64,000 nt of DNA from an uncultured Verrucomicrobiae bacterium (lineage in GTDB: Bacteria; Verrucomicrobiota; Verrucomicrobiia; Palsa-1439): positions 362,143 to 426,142 of the forward strand of contig CAWEWF010000004.1 of NCBI GenBank assembly GCA_963812605.1. Reading direction: 5' to 3'. This document shows positions 33,399-42,300 of this stretch, piece by piece. The translations under genes were made by a program, and so were the position numbers. How positions within the stretch are numbered: the stretch's first letter is position 1; each line of letters opens with the position of its first letter. The notes beneath the pieces were generated by a model. That model saw nothing but the letters and a program-made list of their open reading frames with translations, searched no databases and was not told the DNA's origin.

Positions 33399-33712
33399 TT
33401 TGAGTTTTTCTACCGCGATGTGTATTCCCTAATCGGCTCATTACTGTGCAGTTTGTTCAGTTGTTTGATCGCGATCACACTCTGGCCGTCTCCTAAAGGG
33501 AATCTCCGGTTCCGCCATGCGGCCTCTCTGATGGCACGCTAAAGTCCCTGCTGTGCCGCGCAAGCAGAACATCGGTTCCCCCTGAAGGTTTCCCCTAATT
33601 CGCTTTCGGAAAACGAACCTGCCGCGTGTCAGTCGCGTCAGGGACTTCACTGGCGCTGTGACCAACTGGCCGGGGCTTTTTTTACCGGATTCGGCTTGTG
33701 CCGTGAACGGAC

Positions 33713-34432
33713 GCGCAGGAGCGCGCCCCTCCGACTGCGCGGCAAGCGGAGTGCTTGCCCCGATCTCAAAATCGGGGCAGGCCCTGCAAATTGTGAATGT
33801 TAAACAGGCGACCCGCCTTCGCCAAGGCTACGGCGGGACAGGGACGCCTGTTCTACGCGTCAAATGAAGTTTGATGGGCGCCCGGAGATCATCAATCCAG
33901 TATCGGTAATCGATAATTTTTCTCGACAGCGGGTGGTGGGATGGGTATAGTCGGCGCAGTTCTTTGACATCCGCCTTCGCTAAAGCTTCGGCGTGACACG
34001 TCCGCCGTCGCACTTGGGGCTTCCGCCTTCGCGAGACCGCGGCGAGAGGCCACGGGCGGGACGCCCGCGCCACTACCGAGAGAAGGGGGGGGCCTCAAAA
34101 ACATGTGGTTGCCGCAGACGACAGCGGTGTCTCGTCGGACTCGGCTCCGTCCGAGTCGGCTACAGCGGCGGGAGATTAACAGGCGGGACGCCTGTTCAAC
34201 TCGAAGGGGACCACGGGCGGGACGCCCGCGCCACTACCGAGAGAAGGGGGGCCTGTTCAACTCGAAGGGGACCACGGGCGGGACGCCCGCGCCACTAGCG
34301 GACGAGGGGACTCGAAAACATGCGTTTCTGCGAAACGAACCCCCAAGTTAACTACCCATTTTGCAAGTACTTAGGCGGGCGGCTCTCGGAAAGTGGCCGG
34401 GTTCGTCGCTCGCGGTTGAAAACCGCTCCTAC
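33713..34432. repeat. cluster of REP-like palindromes and a 61-bp tandem duplication
   Basis: CCACGGGCGGGACGCCCGCGCCACTA at 34050, 34211 and 34272; other hairpins flanked by CTAC/GTAG. Confidence 0.85.
33901..33951 (+). promoter_or_regulatory. sigma70-like promoter with TATCG-N5-CGATA palindrome (copy 1)
   Basis: TCGACA-17-TATAGT; homologous to 41444-41495. Confidence 0.6.
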
Positions 34433-34449
34433 GGGAAAACGAAGCGCTA

Positions 34450-35193
34450 CTACGAGATCTTCGACTTGACGATGAGGGTGAGGGCTTTCAGGCCTAGTTC
34501 GGTGGCGAGGAAGGGTTTGGCGATGACGTCGGTGCCGCCGCTGCGGCACATTTGGGCGCGATTCTCGAAACCGCTGGCGCTGGTGACGAAGAGGATCGGG
34601 GTCTTTTTGTAGTTCGGCAATGCGCGCAACTTCGTGCAGAGTTCCGTGCCGGTCATGCCGGGCATTTCGAGATCGAGCACGATGAGGTCGAACTGCCATT
34701 CCTGCGCCACGCTGAGCGCGGCCGAGGGATCGGACAACGCCTGTGACTTCAGGTTGGCTTTTTCCAGGGCGTTCATGACGGAGCGCAAGGCGATTTGCTG
34801 GTCATCGACTGCCAACGCCCGCGCGGTGGCCAGGTCCACCTCATGTCCGTCACCCTCGAACAGGGTGCAGAGCAGATCGACGGTTTGCGCCATCGTGCGG
34901 CGAACGGACTGCGTGACGCTATCGGGTTTTTCGACGAGTTGTTTGAGCATCGAATCGAAGGCGCCCACAATCCGCGCGATGGTCAGGAGCCGCGTCACGC
35001 TCGCATTTCCCGCCAGCGCGTGCACCTCGCTGTAGAGTTCCTGCAACTTCGTGACATCCGCCGGGTTTTTGGCGATGGCCTGCATGGCCTGGCGAATTAA
35101 GGCCGCGGCGCCCCCGCATTCCTTCAAACACGCCTCGCGCAGTTCGGCGCGCAATTCATCATTTCGGGTCAGGGATGGCTCGACGACGCTCAT
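34450..35193 (-). CDS. Hpt plus receiver domain response regulator
   Basis: VHALAGNA; AVDD, LDLEMPGMTG, KPF. Confidence 0.88.
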   Translation of the reverse strand: MSVVEPSLTRNDELRAELREACLKECGGAAALIRQAMQAIAKNPADVTKLQELYSEVHALAGNASVTRLLTIARIVGAFDSMLKQLVEKPDSVTQSVRRTMAQTVDLLCTLFEGDGHEVDLATARALAVDDQQIALRSVMNALEKANLKSQALSDPSAALSVAQEWQFDLIVLDLEMPGMTGTELCTKLRALPNYKKTPILFVTSASGFENRAQMCRSGGTDVIAKPFLATELGLKALTLIVKSKIS

Positions 35194-35683
35194 AAGTCCG
35201 CTCCTGTACTGGTAATTTGTCCGCGCTCGGCCAGGGGAAACTTACCGCAGACGGTTCGGGGTGAAGGGACACGGCGGGCGCGAGTTTCGGTCAGGCTGCG
35301 GGCTGCGTCGCTAGGGTTGTCAGGGTCGACGTGTATGCCGCAGATACGTCTATCGCGCGCGCGACCGTGTGGGATTGCTTCGCTACCGAACCGTCCACGA
35401 GAGGGGTCCTTGAAAATTGAATTGTTCCTTATTATTCATACTGACCGCAGCCATCTTCCGCATCCCGCGTGCCGGTTTTTTGCGACGTGCGATAACCTGC
35501 TGTCTGCGCCGCTTTTGCGAAGGCAGATTTGCGTCCAAGAACCCTTTTGGCCGGGTGAATGAACAATTCTGTCAAAGAACCGCTGCTGGGTTGCCGTTTC
35601 GGAAGGTCTTTCTTGACGAAGCTGCGGTAACACCGCTAAGGAAGACTGGTTGGGATCGAACGAATTTCGCAAGACTGAAAAAA

Positions 35684-36608
35684 ATGCAGCCGACTCTTCT
35701 GGTCATGGCCGCGGGCATGGGCAGCCGTTATGGCGGGCTGAAGCAAATCGACGCCGTCGGCCCCAACGGCGAAGCGATCATCGACTACTCAATTTACGAC
35801 GCCTTGCGGGCGGGGTTCGAGCGGCTGGTGTTTGTCATCCGCCGCGACATCGAAGCGGCCTTTCGGGAGGCGATTGGCGGAAAGTTCGAGAAGCGGATCG
35901 CGGTCGATTACGTCTTCCAGGAACTCGACAACCTTCCGCCTGGATTTTCCGTCCCGCCCGGTCGCACCAAACCGTGGGGCACGACGCAGGCGATCCTCAT
36001 GGCCAAGGAAGCCATACATGAGCCGTTCGCCGCGATCAATGCCGATGATTTTTATGGACACGAGTCGTTTCAGGTCATGGCGGATTTTCTGCGGGCGAGC
36101 GGCGCTGACTACGCGATGATCGGCTACACCTTGCGAAACACCTTGTCCCAACACGGCAGCGTGTCGCGCGCGGTTTGCGAATGCGATCCGGCTGGTTTTC
36201 TGCGGGCCGTCGTGGAGTTGCCCAAAGTCGAGAAGCGGGATCGCGGCTGCGCAAGCGGAAGACCGCGCGCTCAGCGGCGACGAATTGGTGTCGATGAATT
36301 TCTGGGGTTTTACGCCCGCGTTGTTCCCGCAATTGCGGGAACAGTTCAATGCCTTTCTGCGACGCAGCGGGCAGGAATTGAAAAGCGAATCCTACATTCC
36401 CACAACGGTGAACGAACTGGTGGCGTCGGGCGCGGCCCGCGTAAAAGTCCTGCGCACCCCCGCTTCGTGGTTCGGCATCACGTACAAGGAAGACAAACCG
36501 CAGGTTGTCGCCAGCATTCTCCGGCTCGTGGAAGCCGGCGAATATCCGTCGAAGACTTTGGACGTGAAGTCGCGGCGCAAATCGATCGAGCGACCTAGGA
36601 AGGTGTGA
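35684..36608 (+). CDS. sugar-phosphate nucleotidyltransferase (frameshift near 36250)
   Basis: MAAGMGSRYGGLKQ, INADDFYG, VSMNFWGF, WFGITY. Confidence 0.9.
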
Positions 36609-38541
36609 GGTCGGCTTTCAGGGCGGGCTTCAATTCGTTCACACGCGCGGCGGCTTGCTCCCAGTCGGCGGTCGCGCGGGCGAGGTCTTCCGTGACGGTG
36701 CTCAACTCGCGATTGACGGCGACGGCGCGGCCGGGTTTGTCGTAGGTCTCGGGCTTTTCCAGTTCGGCGGCCAATTCCTTCTGCTTCTGTTCCAGGCGGG
36801 CGATTTCTTTTTCCAGAGTACCCACGAGTTGTTCCTGTTCGCGACGCTCGCGCGACCGGACATTACGCGCCTCGGCTTCTGACCGCTTTTGTTCCTTGCC
36901 CTTGGGACGCGAAGAATTCACCGGCGGCGCGACCGGGACCGCTGACGCCGCGATCGCCGCGGCGATGGCCGCGGATTTTTCGAGATAGTATTGGTAATCG
37001 CCGTGGTAATGCATCAGCTCGCCGTTGTTCACGTGCAAGACGTACTTGGCGAGCTTGCGGATGAAATACACGTCATGGCTGATGAAAATCAGTGTGCCTT
37101 CGTAGGATTCCAGCGCGCCGATCAGCGCATCGATGCTCGCCATGTCGAGGTGCGTGGTGGGCTCGTCCATCAAGAGCAGGTTCGGCGGATCGAGCAGAAG
37201 TTTGACCAGCGCCAGACGGCTTTTCTCGCCGCCGCTGAGCACGCCGACCGATTTGAAGACATCGTCGCCGCGAAATAGAAACGAGCCGAGGACGGTGCGG
37301 ACGGTTTGCTCGGAGATGCGTTGGGGGGTGTCCAGCGCTTCCTCGACGACCGTGCGTTCGGCGTTCAGCATCTCGACGCGATACTGGGCGTAGTAACCGA
37401 CCTTTACGTTCAAGCCCAACTCGCGCGTGCCGCCCTGGACGGGGAGCACGCCCGCCAGCAGTTTGAGCAGCGTGGATTTGCCCGCGCCGTTCGGGCCGAC
37501 CAGCACGATGCGCTGGCCGCGCTCGGCCTCGAAGTTCATGCCGCGATAAACGACCGTGCTGCCATAGGCGTGGTTGATGTTCTTCAGCGTGATCACTTTC
37601 AACCCGCTGCGCTGCGGCTGCGGAAAACGGAATTTGATCTTGCGCGATTCGTTCACGGGCGCTTCGATCTTGTCCATGCGCTCGATCTGCTTGAGTTTGG
37701 CCTGCGCCTGCGACGCCTTGCTGGCCTTCGCGCGAAAACGGTCGGCGAACTCCTGCAAGCGCTGGATGTCGCGCTGCTGGTTCTTGTAAGCCGCCAGCAA
37801 TTGTTCCGATTGCGCCTCGCGTTGCACGAGATATTCGTCGTAGTTGCCGCGATAGCGGAGCAACTGGCTCTGGCGAATCTCGACGATGCTGCCGACCAGC
37901 TGATTCAGGAATTCGCGGTCGTGCGAGATCAGCAACACGCCGCCCGGATAGGTTTTCAGGTACTCTTGAAACCACTGCAACGCTTCGAGGTCGAGATGGT
38001 TGGTTGGCTCGTCGAGCAGGAGCAGGTCGGGCTGTTGCACGAGCAACCGCGCGAGATGCGCGCGCATGACCCAGCCGCCGCTCATCGCTTTCAGTTGCCG
38101 ATCGAAATCGCGCTCGCGGAACGCCAGCCCGCGCAGGATCGTCTTGGCCTGGGGTTCGAGCTGATAACCGCCGAGTTCGTCGAACCGCGCCTGCACTTCG
38201 TGGAAATCGTGCGACTCGGTGTCGTGACCCGCTTCGAACAACTTCAGCCGCCGCTGCAATTCGGCGATCTCGGGCGTGATGGCCGTCGCCAACTCCAGCA
38301 CCGTCTCCTCCCCCACGGGCGCGGTCTCCTGCGGCAAATGGCCCATCGTCCCATTGCGTTCGATGGTCACCTCGCCCTCGTCCGGCGAGTCGTAGCCGAG
38401 GACGAGCGAGAACAGCGTGGACTTGCCCGCGCCGTTCGGCCCGACCAGCCCGATGCGGTCGCCGCGATTGACCTGCAGCGACGCGTCCTCGAAGAGTACG
38501 TGCGCCCCAAAGGCCTTGGTCATTCCCGAAATCGTCATCAT
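36595..38541 (-). CDS. ABC-F family ATPase (YheS/Uup-like)
   Basis: Two GPNGAGKS / SGG / DEPT cassettes, no TM segments, C-terminal coiled coil. Confidence 0.95.
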   Translation of the reverse strand: MMTISGMTKAFGAHVLFEDASLQVNRGDRIGLVGPNGAGKSTLFSLVLGYDSPDEGEVTIERNGTMGHLPQETAPVGEETVLELATAITPEIAELQRRLKLFEAGHDTESHDFHEVQARFDELGGYQLEPQAKTILRGLAFRERDFDRQLKAMSGGWVMRAHLARLLVQQPDLLLLDEPTNHLDLEALQWFQEYLKTYPGGVLLISHDREFLNQLVGSIVEIRQSQLLRYRGNYDEYLVQREAQSEQLLAAYKNQQRDIQRLQEFADRFRAKASKASQAQAKLKQIERMDKIEAPVNESRKIKFRFPQPQRSGLKVITLKNINHAYGSTVVYRGMNFEAERGQRIVLVGPNGAGKSTLLKLLAGVLPVQGGTRELGLNVKVGYYAQYRVEMLNAERTVVEEALDTPQRISEQTVRTVLGSFLFRGDDVFKSVGVLSGGEKSRLALVKLLLDPPNLLLMDEPTTHLDMASIDALIGALESYEGTLIFISHDVYFIRKLAKYVLHVNNGELMHYHGDYQYYLEKSAAIAAAIAASAVPVAPPVNSSRPKGKEQKRSEAEARNVRSRERREQEQLVGTLEKEIARLEQKQKELAAELEKPETYDKPGRAVAVNRELSTVTEDLARATADWEQAAARVNELKPALKADLTPS

Positions 38542-38589
38542 ATCGAACCGCGAAGCCTACTACCGAAAGCGGAGGTGAACAAGGTGGAA

Positions 38590-38631
38590 TTCACCACGAA
38601 GAGCACGAAGAAGACACGAAGAACACGGAAG
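38590..38631 (+). repeat. TTCACCACGAAG-(NN)CACGAAG short repeat
   Basis: Three CACGAAG units plus one variant; same motif as 31175. Confidence 0.7.
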
Positions 38632-38635
38632 CGCT

Positions 38636-39130
38636 TTAACTTCCACAATCAGCGCACGACCCCAGATTTAAGTCATTCCTGATCCAATCGTGAAGCTCAC
38701 AACAGATTGTATCAGTGTTGTCGAGATCAACACTTTTATAAATATGACCAACTAGGTCAGTTGGCATGTGTTCAATAGAACGATCTTTCAGTAGCGCACA
38801 ACGTCGCCCCGTGATGAGCATGCTACCAACCTCAATTGTGAGGTTGTAATTTAGTCCTTCCTTTTGACGATCTTCGAAGAAGGCGACTCCATATTGGCTA
38901 GCCCACATATGAGCCGCAGTGTTTGCCCAGAGTGTATCGTCAATTAACCGGTCCGACGCCAGGTGAAATTCAAGACCATGCATTGCGCACACTTTGCGGG
39001 CGGCTGCTAGAGCCGGTCCTACCGGATCATCAGCGCGTCCTGATTCACTCGGATCTGGAAAACGCGTCATCCCAAATACATTTCTTTCAAATGGATGCGC
39101 CGCTAAGAATCGCCCAAGACTAGCCACCAA
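38636..39130 (-). CDS. TIR-like / nucleoside 2-deoxyribosyltransferase-like domain protein (start uncertain)
   Basis: NVFGMTRF...GVAFFE...NYNLTIEVGSM...LLKD...PTDLVGHIY, matching the N-x-N-x3-E-x-G and P-[ST]-D-L-x-G pattern. Confidence 0.65.
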   Translation of the reverse strand: MVASLGRFLAAHPFERNVFGMTRFPDPSESGRADDPVGPALAAARKVCAMHGLEFHLASDRLIDDTLWANTAAHMWASQYGVAFFEDRQKEGLNYNLTIEVGSMLITGRRCALLKDRSIEHMPTDLVGHIYKSVDLDNTDTICCELHDWIRNDLNLGSCADCGS

Positions 39131-39205
39131 TTGAGGTGGCGTGAATGTTGGTGGAACGATGGTATGAGCAATCTCTCCTAAGGCGTGCTGACTTGCACAA
39201 ATACT

Positions 39206-39721
39206 TCATTCTGCTTGTTTGTCATTATCTACGGGCTTGTTTTTCGTTCCTTTATTGACTTGATAGGTTTTTTTGAAGAACAGCTCGCCATGTACGGTGG
39301 GTCGGAAGCCGTTGCCAGAACGGCGGAATAGACTCTTACCTTCCCGTTGAGCGTTTTTATAGGTCATATCGACACGCTCAGGGACTGTAATGCCCACTTG
39401 ATCCGCTATGTCTCTGATCTCGTCAGCAGTAAACTCTTCAGACCCATATAGGCTGTAGTGGAACCCTGCCACAGCCAACGCATTATCAGAGGGCTTGCCT
39501 TGTTTCAGTTTCGAGAAGAAGCCATCAAGGTTAACAGTTTCTGTCTTCTGTTCAATCGAGTCGGCATCCCGGAGTTCGGGTTCTTCAGCCGCTTGCCTTT
39601 TGCCGAACGGTACAATGCCTTCAAGAAGTTTCTCAAAAGCGATTCGTCGCAGACTTTCGTCTTTAATTACGCCCACTTGTTCTTCTAGGCTCTTCAACTT
39701 CTCGGTAAGTTCGTCGTCCAT
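39206..39721 (-). CDS. hypothetical protein with predicted C-terminal winged helix
   Basis: LRRIAFEKLL N-helix; EEFTADEIRDIA...FRPTVHGE; GGAG RBS. Confidence 0.75.
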   Translation of the reverse strand: MDDELTEKLKSLEEQVGVIKDESLRRIAFEKLLEGIVPFGKRQAAEEPELRDADSIEQKTETVNLDGFFSKLKQGKPSDNALAVAGFHYSLYGSEEFTADEIRDIADQVGITVPERVDMTYKNAQREGKSLFRRSGNGFRPTVHGELFFKKTYQVNKGTKNKPVDNDKQAE

Positions 39722-39765
39722 TATTTTCTCCAATTAATCCGTATTGTTGTGCGTTGCCATTTCTA

Positions 39766-40249
39766 CTACTCCGTATCATTTGTGGTCAGCCAGCCTTCGA
39801 CCTCCTCCAGCGCACTACCTGTGAGACGATAGTGCTGCACTCCACCGATTTTTTCGGCTTTCATCAGTCTTCCTGTCCTCTCCAAACCAGCCACTACATC
39901 GCTTGGGTTCTTAGGTGATTTTTCACGGCTGACTCAAAGGAGTCTCTTAAGATCCCCGCTAGAAAAGCTTTCCTTCCCTGCTTGCGTTTCCGCCCAGTAC
40001 CCAAGGACGATCGCTTTGTCCGTCAGCTTGACTCTTCGACTCTTGCGAATCAGACTCTTGGGGCGCAAGGTCTCGCTTGGGCGATGTGACTACGTCAGTG
40101 CGAACTGCAACAGGAGCGACGTTCTGCGATGTTTCGCGGTAGAGAAGGAATTTAAACGCTTCGGGCTGTACTGGGCCGGGTAAACTCGCAGTAAATTCAC
40201 CCAGGGCCTTAAGAATTTCACCGAACTCTTCAATTGACTTTATCTCCAT
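39766..40249 (-). CDS. hypothetical winged-helix-like protein, same architecture as 39206-39721 (indels near 40052 and 39940)
   Basis: AGAGGAG RBS; reconstructed VQPEAFKFLL...DKAIVLGYW...ESFSSGDLK...PKNPSDVV...YRLTGSALEEVE. Confidence 0.7.
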
Positions 40250-40314
40250 ATCTCCTCTTTTCTTGCCCCCATAAAGAAGGGCTCTGGTTTCTGTTTTTTT
40301 CCACACCTGTACTA

Positions 40315-40342
40315 ATCATATATAGGAATTCACTTAATGCAA
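40315..40342 (-). promoter_or_regulatory. sigma70-like promoter for the three-gene operon
   Basis: TTGCAT-16-TATGAT, 13 bp from repeat copy 1. Confidence 0.6.
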
Positions 40343-40355
40343 GAATAATTGTGAT

Positions 40356-40415
40356 GGCACCGAATTGTAGTCTTCGGCTCCGTCGCTGGTTCACACCGAC
40401 TGCTTGGCGTGCCGG
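40356..40415. repeat. 60-bp conserved hairpin module, copy 1
   Basis: GGCACCGAATTGTAGTCTTCGGCTCCGTCGCTGGTTCACACCGACTGCTTGGCGTGCCGG. Confidence 0.95.
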
Positions 40416-40732
40416 GTCAATGAATGATAAGCGCCGGGTGTTTGCTGCCGCTGCCGCGCGAATACATGCACCGCCAGGATTGCCTCTTGACATAGCAATT
40501 GATGAATGTTTGGCTAGCGGCCCAAAGTCGGAGCTCCATATGATTGCATGGATCTAAACGAGGCACCGCCGAACGCAAACCGCTTCTTCCATGCAAGGAG
40601 TGGGTTTTTACGGGTCCGTGGTGGTTGTGTAGGCTTGGATAAGCCGATAATAAATCTACATGAAAACTAATATATATATCTTACTATTTCTAATATATTC
40701 TGTTACAATTACTTACATAATTATATCTACAT

Positions 40733-40760
40733 ATCATAAATAGTATTTCACTATAGGAAA
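40733..40760 (-). promoter_or_regulatory. sigma70-like promoter next to repeat copy 2
   Basis: TTTCCT-16-TATGAT, 13 bp from the repeat. Confidence 0.45.
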
Positions 40761-40773
40761 ACTGTATACATGC

Positions 40774-40833
40774 GGCGCCGAATTGAAGTCTTCGGCTCCG
40801 TCGCTGGTTCACACCGATTGCTTGGCGTTCCGG
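40774..40833. repeat. 60-bp conserved hairpin module, copy 2
   Basis: 56/60 identical to copy 1, ungapped. Confidence 0.95.
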
Positions 40834-41103
40834 ACTCGTAGAGATCAGGACAATCGGCGCGATAGCCTCATTAACCTGTATTTTCGGCAGATTTAAGGAT
40901 GTGGCCATCGGATTTTTCAAATCCAAGGCGATCACAAATTAGCATACGGTGGCATGAGAAACATACGGCAACTGCCTAAACACAAGTCGAGTCCGCGATT
41001 TAGAGGCCCAATGGATGATAGATGCGGTTGAAAGCACCTGTTCGTGTTTTATTTTTTTGATGCGTAAATAACACCGGTATAACGCATTCTGTTATATGAT
41101 TAG

Positions 41104-41131
41104 AGCATAAGTCGAATTGCATGGCATGCAA
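41104..41131 (-). promoter_or_regulatory. sigma70-like promoter next to repeat copy 3
   Basis: TTGCAT-16-TATGCT, 13 bp from the repeat. Confidence 0.55.
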
Positions 41132-41144
41132 GTAGTGAAGTCGC

Positions 41145-41204
41145 GGTGCCGAATTGTAGTCTTCGGTTCCGTCGTTGGTTCACACCGACTGCTTGGCATG
41201 CCGA
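41145..41204. repeat. 60-bp conserved hairpin module, copy 3
   Basis: 54/60 identical to copy 1, ungapped. Confidence 0.95.
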
Positions 41205-41443
41205 TGCGCACTGAGATACAAATTCAGCAGTTTTTCGGGTGGCTTGAGATCAAAGACGTGCTCGTCTCCTGACGTATCTTCCCACAAAATCAAGGTAGTA
41301 TTTTAATTAGTGGTGGCGCCAGGAATCCTTTCGCAGATTTATCCCTCGGTGCAAGCGCGGCAGACTTTTGGGCAGGAGCGGCAGATTCCTCCCGAGAATG
41401 GTGAACTTGAGCCCATAAAGGCAAAGGTAGATTGTCGTGTTGA

Positions 41444-41495
41444 TATCGTAAATCGATACTTTTTGCTGGACACGGTTTGTGGAGGTCGATATAGT
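41444..41495 (+). promoter_or_regulatory. sigma70-like promoter with TATCG-N5-CGATA palindrome (copy 2)
   Basis: TGGACA-17-TATAGT; homologous to 33901-33951. Confidence 0.6.
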
Positions 41496-41526
41496 TGGCG
41501 GGTGATGTATGAGCAGAAGACCAACA

Positions 41527-42040
41527 GCGGCAAGCGGAGCGCTTGCCCTACAATTCGGATCGGCGGGAGGGTGGAATGGAGGGGATTTGGAGACCTACGG
41601 TCGAGAAAAGTGCGCGGTCGGGAGACCGGCGCACAACAATACCACTCGAACGCAGAAAGCTGCGGGCGGGACGCCCACGCCACTAGCAGGGAGATCCAAG
41701 GGGGGCCTATATATGTTTCTGCGAAACGAACCCACCGTTTTGGGAGGGCGTTTTTGGTGTAACCTTCAAGGAACACGGGGGTTGTGACGGAAAGTCCTGG
41801 AACATTCGGTGGGTTCGTTTTGGAAAACGAACCCAATTTCGGGGGGTTGGTTGCCGCGGAAACGGTGCTGCGTCGAAAAACGAACCTAAAATAGGTGCTG
41901 TAAATGAAGTCGCCGGCTGGTTTGTGTGTTCTTCGTGCATGCGGGCTAGACCCTTCGCTTCGCTCAAGGGTGACAACCTTCTGGACGCAGTGGTCCAAAA
42001 TGAAGAACGACGGCAACCAAGATGGTTGCCCTACAATTCG
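41527..42040. repeat. REP-like palindromes and AAACGAACC motifs
   Basis: GGCAAGCGGAGCGCTTGCCCTAC; GGGCGGGACGCCCACGCCACTA; GGGTTCGTTTTGGAAAACGAACCC; GGCAACCAAGATGGTTGCCCTAC. Confidence 0.8.
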
Positions 42041-42300
42041 GAAACGATATTTGCGGTGCGGAGCAATATCTTGAATCGGGTGGGGCGTGAGATAGGCTGC
42101 GCGCTTAGTACTATGCGTTTCATCACGGGAAGGAAATCCGGGGAGCCCGTGCCGTACGGGCCGCTTTTCGTCGCTTTTCGTGAAATAATCGTTTTACATT
42201 TCCGAGATTTCTGTTCTAAGCTAGTGGTTGCTTGGAGAAAGGTTGCCTCGAGCACCTTCGAGGCCCATCTCGCGTCCGCGAGGCAGGAGACTGGCGAACC

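Noticed and set aside
33470-33680. 6S RNA, or glycine, cobalamin or c-di-GMP riboswitch
   Set aside because: Only short motif resemblances; too short for 6S, core riboswitch motifs missing and no suitable downstream gene
34050-34297. Mini-CRISPR from three 26-bp repeats
   Set aside because: Spacers are 135 and 35 bp and share sequence; this is a tandem duplication of REP-like units
40230-40935. ORFs running through the repeats (QAVGVNQRRSRRLQFGA and other frames)
   Set aside because: No shared start or RBS across copies; similarity is confined to the DNA repeat and promoter boxes
40356-41204. CRISPR array or integron attC interpretation of the 60-bp repeats
   Set aside because: Spacers of 358 and 311 bp are far too long for CRISPR and no cas gene is present; the ends lack AAC/GTT cores and there is no integrase
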